DNA from: a virus
Taxonomy: Duplodnaviria > Caudoviricetes
Length of the DNA: 42,683 nucleotides
Virus record (IMG/VR): IMGVR_UViG_3300033076_000239
Location: 1 to 42,683 of that record
Reading direction: 5' to 3' (one strand)
Shown here: positions 26,026 to 35,887 of the stretch, piece by piece
How the letters are laid out: every line of letters begins with the position of its first letter
How positions within the stretch are numbered: the stretch's first letter is position 1
Notes under the pieces: model-generated
The model's database searches: none
What the model was told of the DNA's origin: nothing
What the model saw: the letters and a program-made list of their open reading frames with translations, nothing else
Translations under genes and position numbers: made by a program

Positions 26026-29000
26026 TTATCCTATATATGCTACTCCCCAACTATCATTTCCATCAAATTGAATAGTCCCAACCGCAACTTTTGCTTCCAA
26101 TGTATCATTTACTGCTAATTTAACTATTCCACTAACTCCAAAATGTGCTACTCCGGTATTCCCAGGTGCTTCCCACATTAATTGTACAACGTTTGAATTT
26201 TTGTAAATAATCACTTGTTGCATTGAGTTTGCACTACCACATCTACCATTATAATATACTTGATATAATCCCGCAATTGGTGCAGTAAATTTACCATTTG
26301 TTGTACTGAAATAATTACCTTCATTGTAATCGACTGAAACCACAGAACCACTCAATGTTAATGGTGCAGTTCTATCGGCACTTGCTGCTCCCACTACTCT
26401 AAATGCAGCTCTATTAACCATTGTTATAGAACCACTTGAAATACTTATTGAACCAGTAATTGTAGAATTACCAACTAATAAATTTGGTCCGTAAGAAGTT
26501 AGAGAACCACTCTGTATAAATGAACCTGTAATTTCTGCTAATCCATTATTTTGAATATATAAATTACTTCCACTATTCAATGTCAATGATGAACTATTTG
26601 CAATAACAGATGCACTTAATGCCGTTACAGAACTTACTGTTAATGAACCTGTAATAGTTTGATTTCCGTTGAATGAATTTGAACCTGTTGTTGCTACTGA
26701 ACTTGTCCAAACATTTAATGAAGATGTATATGTACCTATTGTGGTTAATCTCGTTAATACCGATGCACTAAATGCTTCCAAATTAGCAGTTTCAATTAAT
26801 AAACTTGCGGTTGCCGCATTTAATTGTGTTAATTGTGATGAACCACTAATTACACCATTAGTTGCTGCAATTGAACCCGTAATTCCTTGCGTTACTAATA
26901 ATGAGCCTGTTACAAATGTACTACCTTTAAAGTTTGAACTACCACTTACATCCAATGCGTGTCCCGCATAAGTATATGTTCCACCTTGTTGAATAGATAC
27001 ACCATTCCCAGACCAAAATCTTACCGATTGAACACCATTATTTGGATAAAATTCTATATTTTTACCACCATCGGTTGATATTCTAGCTTGCGATGTCCCT
27101 GAACCTAATACCAAATATTGATATGTAAATGTTGCACCTGCTGCGGATATACTACCACTATAAACACCACTACCTCCTAATACTTGTATTGAACTACTTA
27201 CAGTTCCTGCAGGTATTGAACCACCACTACCACTTAAAGAATATCTTGTATCAAATGATGATGTAAGTTGGGATGAACCCGAAATTAAACCACCAAATGA
27301 TGAAGTTGTTGCTAATCCTAAATATGAAAAATTATGATGCTCCCATAAACCAGAAGAAGCATTGTATGATAATAAATCCTTTTCAGATGGATTTGCTACC
27401 TCAACATCTGCTAAATCATGCAAATGTGTAAATTGTTGTACTCCACCACTACTACCGACGGTATTTCTAAATAATCCGGATTGAACTATTACATTATTAT
27501 TACTATCTGCTAAATTTGTAGAATTTCCTTTTACAATTAAATATCCCAAAAATACATACTGATGAGATGTGTATTCTGCTTCTACAAATGAGTCTGTTGC
27601 AAGATATTGTTGTGCGTTTATAAAAGATGAATATAAAGTTTGTCCATAATAGATGTGAAGACGTGATGTAAATGGATTGAAAAATACTCTTTGTATTTGC
27701 CAATCATTATTTGTCATAGAAGCTAGTGTACCAGTATTATTATCATAGTTATTTGTATCTATTGATGTATAAAAACTACCACTATTATTATCAACTATAA
27801 ATCCATTAGAACCATTTCTTCTAACTCTTGCTATTTGCAAACTTCCTGTTTGAATCAAAGAAGTTGATTTATGAGATGCATTATTTGGGTCTTGTTGATA
27901 AAATCCTCCTAATATAAATGCAGTACCTGCTTCAACTGTGAATTTTAAACTATCAGTTGCTGCTGTCATAGTTAAACCACTTAATTTCATAGGACCAAAC
28001 GCTCTAATGAAATCAGAAGTTTGTGAAACATCATCGTATGCGGTTGCAACATTATTTGCAACAGATGTAATTACATTTTTACCAGTATGATTAACCATAC
28101 CCAAAGGTAATGCAGTTCTATATTGGTCTATTGTAAAATATGAATCACTTTGATGTATCGAACCACTACTATCAACATATAAATAAGTTGCTAATGATGA
28201 AGTTATATTTTGGCAAGATGCAGTATAATCATTCCAACTAACATAAGTTGTAACAGGTGATATTTCTTGTGTCAAACTTGCATTATGATTCATAATAATA
28301 CCAGTTCCTGCTTTCACATAAACTAAACTACCACTATAAGATATTACACCACCTGTTAGAATACCTGTATTTAGCTTACCCTCTACCCATTTCCATTTAA
28401 CTTTATTATCTTGTTGTTTAAAATATAAATCTTGTCCCGTTTGATTGTTTGAACCAGATACAAATATATGAGTTCCGGTAGTTGCTTGTGATAACGGGTC
28501 AGGGTCTGCTACTGGTTGTAATAAAATTGCTCCCGAATATTTTTGTAATCCAAATATAGTAGAACCAGTTGTCATTGTAAGTGACCCGGATATTGTTAAT
28601 GAACCACTTATAGTAGTATTTTTAACTATATCTATTTTTCCATTTTGTAAATAAATTGCTTCATTTCCACCATTTGCGTTACTACCAGAACCTCCACCAT
28701 ATATAATTCCAACAGGTACTTGCCCATAATTGGTGTAAGTTGATATTGATAAACCTGCACTATGTTCTCCCCCATTATCAACATCTATACCAATAGTACT
28801 GTATAAACTAGATGTAAAGTTTGTATCACTTGTTACAAGAGTAATAGTATTAAAGTTACTACCAGTACTACCCGCAGTTAAATTTCCTGCATTTAAATTA
28901 CCATCAATCCAAACTGCTCCTGATATACTTTGACTTCCCGTAAAAGTATTTGAACCCGTAGTTGCAAATGAAGATGTGTTTATATTACCAGTAGAAGAAC

Positions 29001-29676
29001 TAACAAATCCTAATGCAGTAATTTGTGCAGAAGATGATACCGTACCATTTGGAGTAGTTCCAATAATACCACCTGCATCTACTCTACCTACTTCTTGATT
29101 ATTTACAATAAAAATAACACCATCTGTTCCAGGTATTATTTCCGTACTACCATTTGTGTTTGTTATGAAGGTCTGATAACCAACAGGTCTTGCACCATAT
29201 CCCTCTGCTTGAAAATCAACTGTATATTTTGTAGATATGTTATTTCCATCACTTAAACTTGCCGAATCGGATACATTATAATCCCAATCGTTTGTAGGAA
29301 TTTCTGTATCAGTTGCTCCTGCTGAAATACCGGTTAATCTTGAACCATCTCCAACAAAAAACGATGCCGTTACTGCTCCTACTGCATCGACATCACCACC
29401 AATTACTACATCATTTGTTACAAATACACTATCTCCTACATTTAAATCGTTTGTTACACTTACCTCACCAAATGAACCCGTTTGTGTAATATTGATTGAA
29501 CCAGTTGTAATTGAATTGGTTACTACAATATGTTCAATTGTATTAGTTGAGCCTGATTTATGAAGAAATGCTCTACCATCATAGGTATTCAATGCAATCT
29601 CTCCTAAATTTAAGGATGAAGTAGTTGGAACTTTCCCGGATTGGGACGAACGTTTTAATATGATATTTTGGGCCAT
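26026..29676 (-). CDS. tail fibre protein with C-terminal C1q domain
   Basis: N-terminal IILKRS...GKVP...LNLGEIALNTYDG. C-terminal AAFRV...YNEGNYFSTTNGKFTAPIAGLYQV...IVKLAVNDTL. Confidence 0.85.
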   Translation of the reverse strand: MAQNIILKRSSQSGKVPTTSSLNLGEIALNTYDGRAFLHKSGSTNTIEHIVVTNSITTGSINITQTGSFGEVSVTNDLNVGDSVFVTNDVVIGGDVDAVGAVTASFFVGDGSRLTGISAGATDTEIPTNDWDYNVSDSASLSDGNNISTKYTVDFQAEGYGARPVGYQTFITNTNGSTEIIPGTDGVIFIVNNQEVGRVDAGGIIGTTPNGTVSSSAQITALGFVSSSTGNINTSSFATTGSNTFTGSQSISGAVWIDGNLNAGNLTAGSTGSNFNTITLVTSDTNFTSSLYSTIGIDVDNGGEHSAGLSISTYTNYGQVPVGIIYGGGSGSNANGGNEAIYLQNGKIDIVKNTTISGSLTISGSLTMTTGSTIFGLQKYSGAILLQPVADPDPLSQATTGTHIFVSGSNNQTGQDLYFKQQDNKVKWKWVEGKLNTGILTGGVISYSGSLVYVKAGTGIIMNHNASLTQEISPVTTYVSWNDYTASCQNITSSLATYLYVDSSGSIHQSDSYFTIDQYRTALPLGMVNHTGKNVITSVANNVATAYDDVSQTSDFIRAFGPMKLSGLTMTAATDSLKFTVEAGTAFILGGFYQQDPNNASHKSTSLIQTGSLQIARVRRNGSNGFIVDNNSGSFYTSIDTNNYDNNTGTLASMTNNDWQIQRVFFNPFTSRLHIYYGQTLYSSFINAQQYLATDSFVEAEYTSHQYVFLGYLIVKGNSTNLADSNNNVIVQSGLFRNTVGSSGGVQQFTHLHDLADVEVANPSEKDLLSYNASSGLWEHHNFSYLGLATTSSFGGLISGSSQLTSSFDTRYSLSGSGGSIPAGTVSSSIQVLGGSGVYSGSISAAGATFTYQYLVLGSGTSQARISTDGGKNIEFYPNNGVQSVRFWSGNGVSIQQGGTYTYAGHALDVSGSSNFKGSTFVTGSLLVTQGITGSIAATNGVISGSSQLTQLNAATASLLIETANLEAFSASVLTRLTTIGTYTSSLNVWTSSVATTGSNSFNGNQTITGSLTVSSVTALSASVIANSSSLTLNSGSNLYIQNNGLAEITGSFIQSGSLTSYGPNLLVGNSTITGSISISSGSITMVNRAAFRVVGAASADRTAPLTLSGSVVSVDYNEGNYFSTTNGKFTAPIAGLYQVYYNGRCGSANSMQQVIIYKNSNVVQLMWEAPGNTGVAHFGVSGIVKLAVNDTLEAKVAVGTIQFDGNDSWGVAYIG

Positions 29677-29745
29677 ATCTATGGAGTACGATAAATGTTA
29701 TTTAACAAATGTATAGTATATACTACTAACATAAATATAAATTAA

Positions 29746-29772
29746 AAACAAAAAACCCTACCGAAGTAGGGT
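29746..29772 (-). terminator. intrinsic terminator with UUCG loop
   Basis: ACCCTAC-TTCG-GTAGGGT followed by TTTTTGTTTTT. Confidence 0.85.
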
Positions 29773-29796
29773 CTTTAAAAAATATGTTTATGTTAA

Positions 29797-31146
29797 TTAG
29801 AATGAACCACCATCTATAGTGTTACTCATAACAAAATCAGAACCGTTCCATTGTAACAAATCACCATCTGTTGTAGGTGCGGGAACATATTCTACTTTGT
29901 TTGAATTTGCTTCATTTCTAAACAATACTCTTTTTGATGTTCCTACTGAACCACTACTTAAAGTTAATTGTGTAAGATTTGCAATTGGTGAATCAAATAC
30001 GGATGCTGAAACTTTTGTATTTACTATGAATCCACTATAAGTGTTGTCAAAACTCATAGAAACATTAGCACCTGCTACTTCAAAACCTGCACCATTTGCT
30101 TGTAATGAAGTTGTAGAACCACTTGCTAATGTTATTAGTTTATCTTCAATAACTAATTGTCCAACGTTCATTGTAACAGTATTACCTAATACCGTTAAAT
30201 CTCCCGCAATTGTTGCGTTTCCTGTTGTTTGTAATCCTGCAAAAGTTACACTATTACCAGTACCAACTCCTTGAATAGTTCCAGTACCCTCTAATGTATC
30301 TAATCTACTATCTACAGATGTAGAGAATGATGGGAAAGTTGAACTTGTGAATGTATTTAAAGAAGCAGTACTTTCTTCAATTCTACTCAATCTTGTAGAT
30401 GCAGATGATGTAAATGAATTGACAGATGCCGTTGCTGCTGCTAATTGGTCTACTCTACTACCCAATGAACCACCACTACCAATTGATGCTGAAATAGATG
30501 CAATTGAAGATGATACGTTTGTAATATTATCTGATAATACTCTACCTACATATTGGTATGTTGTAATATAAACATATTGTGAAGTAGTTGCAGATAATGC
30601 ATTTGTAGTAAATTGTAAAACACCAGTCTTATAGTCAAATGTATAGTTATTTACCGAAACTTGGTCACCTGCTACAACACCCGCAGATGTTGTTGCGGTT
30701 GATACGAATACTTTCGCACCATAACCAGGAGTTGCATCTTCCGCATTTGCGTTGGCTAATGATGATGTTGCATATTTAGGTGAGATAAAATTACCTTGTT
30801 GTGTAGGGTCAATCAACTGTGCTCCTATACCTGCATTTGAACCAGATGGTGATAATAAAAACCAAACCTCATTTGCAGAACCAGAAACCAAGTTGGAACG
30901 GGTCATTGGGGCTCTGTAATAATATTTCATTACATTTTGCCCATTCACCGAATATACCGAACCACTCTGTCCACTTCCACTAAATGGCAATCCACTATAT
31001 GGTATTAACGATTGGTCAACATATACCTCATTTGCATTTATATCCAGTGTGGATGTGAATGCCTCCTGAGAATCTGTAAAGCTATCATGAGTATATCTTC
31101 TACTTTGGAGTAACCTCGCCGATTTGTATGTGTTATTTATTGCCAT
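29797..31146 (-). CDS. virion structural / fibre-associated protein
   Basis: Ser/Thr/Gly-rich, with FDYKTGVL and C-terminal IDGGSF. Shares segments with the neighbouring fibres. Confidence 0.75.
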   Translation of the reverse strand: MAINNTYKSARLLQSRRYTHDSFTDSQEAFTSTLDINANEVYVDQSLIPYSGLPFSGSGQSGSVYSVNGQNVMKYYYRAPMTRSNLVSGSANEVWFLLSPSGSNAGIGAQLIDPTQQGNFISPKYATSSLANANAEDATPGYGAKVFVSTATTSAGVVAGDQVSVNNYTFDYKTGVLQFTTNALSATTSQYVYITTYQYVGRVLSDNITNVSSSIASISASIGSGGSLGSRVDQLAAATASVNSFTSSASTRLSRIEESTASLNTFTSSTFPSFSTSVDSRLDTLEGTGTIQGVGTGNSVTFAGLQTTGNATIAGDLTVLGNTVTMNVGQLVIEDKLITLASGSTTSLQANGAGFEVAGANVSMSFDNTYSGFIVNTKVSASVFDSPIANLTQLTLSSGSVGTSKRVLFRNEANSNKVEYVPAPTTDGDLLQWNGSDFVMSNTIDGGSF

Positions 31147-31171
31147 TTCTCTTTTTTTATCTCTTTATTTA

Positions 31172-34100
31172 TTAACTAAATGTTACTGTCATAGAAGTTG
31201 AAGGTGTTGGGTCTCCTTTGTATCTCACAATTACATAAACACTCGTATTAGTTGCGTCTAATGTCATACCATCTGCATTTCTCAATGGTATAGTATAAGT
31301 ATTTGTTAGTAATGAACCACCAGTATTACCATATAACCCTATATTTGAACCAAATGGATTCATACCATCAGTATTTGCAGTTTGTGTTGCAATAAAGTTG
31401 TTAGTTAAATCGGATGGGTCATATATTCTAGCATTTGCGTATGTTGGATTCTTTGAAGATTGGAACAATAATCCAACTGCAATAGAGTTGTTAGTAGTTG
31501 CAGTCCAATTGACCAATGTTTGACCTAAGTTCAATGTCATTGCCGTTTTAGTTGCACCATTGGTTGTAAATCTTCTTACATAATATTTGTAAGTTTTAGT
31601 AGGGTCAGGGTCACCTATCCAATATCCATAAGTTCCACCAGGTTTTACTAAATATCCAGGTTTAACTTGTAAATCATTTCCACCTAATTGGTTTAATGCA
31701 AATGTTGTTGTCCAAGATGTTCCTGTAAATGTTAATAAACTATCATTTAATACCATTCTAAAGTTTTCTCCAGTAAATGGTTCTAAGTTTGAAGAACCAG
31801 AGTTTGTTGCCGAATCCGTTCCTTGCGTTCTCGTATAGTATGCTAATGAACCACTTGCCGCAGTTTGTCCAAAACCACCAGCAGTATGATATGATAATGT
31901 ATTTGAATATGTATCAGCTGCACCATTATAATCGTATCCAACTGCACTTACTGTGAATGTTGTTGGTGTAAATGATGTTTGTGTTACGTTTGTAATGTTA
32001 GCACCACCAAATGTGTATAATCCATTTAATCTAATTAAATCAGTTTCAGTTGGAATTACACCAGTTGCTCTTACAGTTGTGTTCGTTGAATCATATACTG
32101 CATTTGCGGTTGATATTGTACCAGCTGATGTTGCTACTGAAGTTACACCAGATGTTTGTGTCATACCCGTACCACTCAATGAATGTGCTGCAACAGTTCC
32201 GTTAAAGAATAAAGGTGCAAATGCTCCACTTATTGAAGATGAAACTACATAAGTTGATTGAGATAAATAAGGTGCTCCCGATAATGAACGAGATACTGCA
32301 CTTACATATGCTAATGTAGATACCGATGCGGTATAAACAGTTTGAGCAGGAACGTTTGTTGCAATTGTAGTTAATGGTGCCCAGAATATTTCTGAACCAT
32401 TTGCTTGGGTTGCAGTTGAATATGGACTACTTCCACTTGCTATTTGGAAAGATGAAGATATATGATAATACCCACTAGCACTTACTGCCGTTGCTGAACC
32501 ACTATAAAGATATTGTGGCATTACGTTTGCAAATTTACCATCTTGGTATCCCGGAGGAATAACTGCCGGATTAACGGTATTGATTAATGCTAATGATACA
32601 CCATTTGTTGTACCTGCTCCCGTTTGAGTAAGTGTTACTACGGATTGAGATGTTGCAGTATCAGTTTTTGCACTATTATCTTTAAATCTAAATGTAAATG
32701 AACCACTTACTTTAAAGTTTGTAGGAGTTCCACTACTTAATAATCCTAATCCAAATAATTGAGCATCTGCTGATGAAGTTGCAACCGTTGTACCTGCTGC
32801 AACAGATGAATAGTTGTATCCTAAACCTGCGGTATAAATTGTACCAACACCACTAAATATTGTAGAACCCGCAGTTGCAAATCCTTTACTTGCTAAATAA
32901 GTAATAGTTGCATTTGTAGAACTTTGTGGAATTCTACCTGTTAATGCAGTACCACTTGATGTATTTAATCCAGTTGTAGTTACTGAACCTAATGTTCTCG
33001 TATTAGGAGATGCATCAGGTGCAGAAGATGATAATAAACCTGCCACAAATCTTAATATTTCAGATACGTTTGTTTCTGATGTAAAGTTATTAAAATAAGA
33101 ACCATTAAGATTTGATTGCCAAGCATTTGATGTTGGAATACCTACGGTTGTATTATCCGCATTTATTGTTCCACTTACATTTAAGCTACCTGTAATTTCT
33201 ATATTATTAATAGTGTTGTAAGCAGAACCTGTTCTTTGCCATATGTTTCCTGCTGCTACCGATGCACTTAACGATGTAACGGATGCCGAAACAGATGAAC
33301 TATATGTTGTAAACCCAGTTGTATTTGTAATTGTAATTTGAGAAGAACCCGAAACTACCGTATCACTACCTGCTCTTAAAATTCTTTCTTCACTACCAAC
33401 TGCCCCTGCTTTCCAATAATCGTTAGTTACATCCCATAATAATGAACCAGAAGTTGTTGAACCACCGGTTGCATCTCTTACAATTAAACCACCATCAGCA
33501 GTTCCAGCTGCATTAAGTTGTAATATATTATCACCCAAATTAATTGTAGTAGAATCTACAGATGTTTGAGTTCCTTGAACTGTTAAATTACCTTTAATGG
33601 TTGTATTACCATTTACAGTTATATCAACACCACTTGCCGTAATTGCAGTTTTTAAAGATGCACTATATGCATTTAATGATGCAGTACTTTCTTCCAATCT
33701 ACTTAATCTTGCATTTTGTGCAGTATTAGTAGTATCATTAGAAGCAGTATATGAGTTTAATGATGCAGTACTTTCTTGTATTCTAGCAATTGTTGCATTT
33801 AAACTAGAAGTATAAGTTTGTAATGTTGTATTTTTTGCCTCTTGCGATGAAGTAAATGCATAAATTGATGCACTAAATGTATTCATCGAAGCAGTATATG
33901 CTGAAATCGTTACATCTTTTGCATTTTGTGAAGATGTAAATGTATTCATTGATGCAGTATATGCAGAAATGATTACATCTTTTGCTTCTTGCGAACCTGT
34001 AAAGGTATTCATTGAAGCAGTATATGCTCCAATTATTATATCTTTTGCGTTTTGTGAAGATGTAAAGTTTTGTATAGATTGAGAAACTAATTCTAAATTA

Positions 34101-34522
34101 GTAACTCTTGTTCCTAACGAACCACCCCCACCAATAGAAGTTTCAATTGTAACCAATCTACTATCTACCGATGTAGAGAACGGTTGAATATTACCAATTA
34201 AATTAATTGATTCGTTGAAACTAGAACTAATTAAATATAAAGTAGGAGTTTGAGTTGATGAACTTGCATAGTAAGGAACACCATCAAGCATTCCGTTATA
34301 AATCGAACCTGAAAATATATTTGGTGCAGTATTTCCTCTTAATACTCTATTTACTGCTCTAACAGAACCATTTTCAGGTACTGCAAATACTATTGTTGAA
34401 CCGTTTGTTGAGGAAATATTAGAAGAACCAGATGCAATAACTATCTCACCTTTTTGTAGTGAGCCAGTTACAGATGATAGAGATTCTAAACTACCTCTTC
34501 TGTGTTTAATTATTTGTGTCAT
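31172..34522 (-). CDS. fibre-like virion structural protein
   Basis: N-terminal IKHRRG...LQKGE attachment motif, coiled-coil repeats and a long Ser/Thr-rich beta region. Confidence 0.78.
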   Translation of the reverse strand: MTQIIKHRRGSLESLSSVTGSLQKGEIVIASGSSNISSTNGSTIVFAVPENGSVRAVNRVLRGNTAPNIFSGSIYNGMLDGVPYYASSSTQTPTLYLISSSFNESINLIGNIQPFSTSVDSRLVTIETSIGGGGSLGTRVTNLELVSQSIQNFTSSQNAKDIIIGAYTASMNTFTGSQEAKDVIISAYTASMNTFTSSQNAKDVTISAYTASMNTFSASIYAFTSSQEAKNTTLQTYTSSLNATIARIQESTASLNSYTASNDTTNTAQNARLSRLEESTASLNAYSASLKTAITASGVDITVNGNTTIKGNLTVQGTQTSVDSTTINLGDNILQLNAAGTADGGLIVRDATGGSTTSGSLLWDVTNDYWKAGAVGSEERILRAGSDTVVSGSSQITITNTTGFTTYSSSVSASVTSLSASVAAGNIWQRTGSAYNTINNIEITGSLNVSGTINADNTTVGIPTSNAWQSNLNGSYFNNFTSETNVSEILRFVAGLLSSSAPDASPNTRTLGSVTTTGLNTSSGTALTGRIPQSSTNATITYLASKGFATAGSTIFSGVGTIYTAGLGYNYSSVAAGTTVATSSADAQLFGLGLLSSGTPTNFKVSGSFTFRFKDNSAKTDTATSQSVVTLTQTGAGTTNGVSLALINTVNPAVIPPGYQDGKFANVMPQYLYSGSATAVSASGYYHISSSFQIASGSSPYSTATQANGSEIFWAPLTTIATNVPAQTVYTASVSTLAYVSAVSRSLSGAPYLSQSTYVVSSSISGAFAPLFFNGTVAAHSLSGTGMTQTSGVTSVATSAGTISTANAVYDSTNTTVRATGVIPTETDLIRLNGLYTFGGANITNVTQTSFTPTTFTVSAVGYDYNGAADTYSNTLSYHTAGGFGQTAASGSLAYYTRTQGTDSATNSGSSNLEPFTGENFRMVLNDSLLTFTGTSWTTTFALNQLGGNDLQVKPGYLVKPGGTYGYWIGDPDPTKTYKYYVRRFTTNGATKTAMTLNLGQTLVNWTATTNNSIAVGLLFQSSKNPTYANARIYDPSDLTNNFIATQTANTDGMNPFGSNIGLYGNTGGSLLTNTYTIPLRNADGMTLDATNTSVYVIVRYKGDPTPSTSMTVTFS
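33869..34057 (-). repeat. three tandem 63-bp coding repeats (SQxAKDxxIxAYTASMNTFxx)
   Basis: 21-codon (three-heptad) units visible in DNA and protein. Confidence 0.85.
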
Positions 34523-34554
34523 GTTTTTTAATTCTCGGTTTCTACTTTATCCTT

Positions 34555-34563
34555 TATAAATAT
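34555..34563 (-). promoter_or_regulatory. putative late promoter motif ATATTTATA
   Basis: Intergenic, upstream of the ATG at 34522. Confidence 0.6.
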
Positions 34564-34577
34564 ATATTTTTTTTTCT

Positions 34578-34955
34578 TTACCACTCTCCCTGGTCAATTA
34601 TATTTGATACTGCACTTCCACTAACAGATGGGTCAGATGGTAAAATCGCATTTGAGTTTAACCAAATCTGTGCAGGTACATTTGTATCCCCATCAGGTGT
34701 AGAACCAGTAGGTAAATTATTTGCATTAACAACGGCAACTGCACCACTAATTAATAAAGAATATCTATCGGAATCTGCGGTTGTAACGGTTGCATTTACT
34801 AATGTAACATCATTCATCGTTGCACCATCTAATAATACGGCAACTTCTCCGGTTACTACATTAATAACGGATTGTGAAAAGTCAGAACCTGCTCCTGCTG
34901 CCGATATTAATGCAGAACTACTTTCTATTTGTTTTAATCTTATTAAGTTTGCCAT
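34578..34955 (-). CDS. small virion structural protein
   Basis: Starts MANLIRLKQI and ends IIDQGEW, comparable to IDGGSF of 29797-31146. Tightly packed in the neck operon. Confidence 0.72.
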   Translation of the reverse strand: MANLIRLKQIESSSALISAAGAGSDFSQSVINVVTGEVAVLLDGATMNDVTLVNATVTTADSDRYSLLISGAVAVVNANNLPTGSTPDGDTNVPAQIWLNSNAILPSDPSVSGSAVSNIIDQGEW

Positions 34956-34956
34956 A

Positions 34957-35565
34957 TTATTTAAATTTACCTATAACATATATATCATCTAATGTTACAG
35001 AATCAAAATCTATATATTCATTGTTTAATGTAATTACTACATTACTTCCAATTTCTTTTATTGTATAATCTCCTGGTATATGTAATCCAAAAACTAATAA
35101 TTCAAAATTATCCGAATTTGCACCCTCTGTACCGTAATCTAATGAAACATTATTTATTGTAATCGTATTATTAACATTATCAAATGAACTTGCTTTTTTA
35201 CTTATATATCTTGCACTATTCTGTAATATTTCTTCATAAAAATCGTTCAATTTTCCTTTATTATTTACCAATTTAATTGGATTTGGATTTGAACGAGTTT
35301 TACTTTGTGATTTTGTAGGTATATATGTATCAACGGATGTGGTATAAGAATACGCAATAGATGCACTTAATTCCAACATTGCTTGTTGTATTGGTAATGG
35401 ATTTCCATTTGTATCTCTACCATCAAATGAACCCGATAATGATGATTGTAATTTATATTCATTTATTAAATCATCCAAATTACCAGAACCACTCAAATTA
35501 TTTAAATTAATTTGAGAAACGATTCTATTTAATTTTCTAGCATTTGAATTAAATCTTTTAAGCAT
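34957..35565 (-). CDS. hypothetical virion protein
   Basis: 202 aa, overlapping the upstream gene. C-terminus DDIYVIGKF parallels DEIVLIGKF of 35887-37011. Confidence 0.72.
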   Translation of the reverse strand: MLKRFNSNARKLNRIVSQINLNNLSGSGNLDDLINEYKLQSSLSGSFDGRDTNGNPLPIQQAMLELSASIAYSYTTSVDTYIPTKSQSKTRSNPNPIKLVNNKGKLNDFYEEILQNSARYISKKASSFDNVNNTITINNVSLDYGTEGANSDNFELLVFGLHIPGDYTIKEIGSNVVITLNNEYIDFDSVTLDDIYVIGKFK

Positions 35566-35887
35566 ATCTTTCTATATCACCTTTTATTTCAATAAAATCT
35601 TGCGAATCTAATTCAAATTCAAAATTTGATTTTTTAAATTTTATTAATAAACCATTACTACCTTCTTCTATATCAAAATCGGTAGGACTAATTGTTTGAG
35701 TATTAATATAAACGCGGATTCTATCTTGCGTTGTTCTTAATTCAATTTCTCTTAAAAGTTCAACAAATCTCCAATATTTTGCTTCAAAAATCCAATAGGT
35801 AGAATCGTTTAAATTATATGGTGTTAATAGTGTATTTCCTGGATTTCTACTTATATTTTTGGTTATATCTAAAATAGTTCGTTTCAT
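35558..35887 (-). CDS. hypothetical virion protein
   Basis: 109 aa, with TAATG coupling to the upstream gene. VYIN...DFIEIKG small beta domain. Confidence 0.72.
   Translation of the reverse strand: MKRTILDITKNISRNPGNTLLTPYNLNDSTYWIFEAKYWRFVELLREIELRTTQDRIRVYINTQTISPTDFDIEEGSNGLLIKFKKSNFEFELDSQDFIEIKGDIERYA

Noticed and set aside
21437-29676. Diversity-generating retroelement acting on the fibres
   Set aside because: No reverse transcriptase and no template/variable repeat pair with adenine-specific mismatches is visible in the window.
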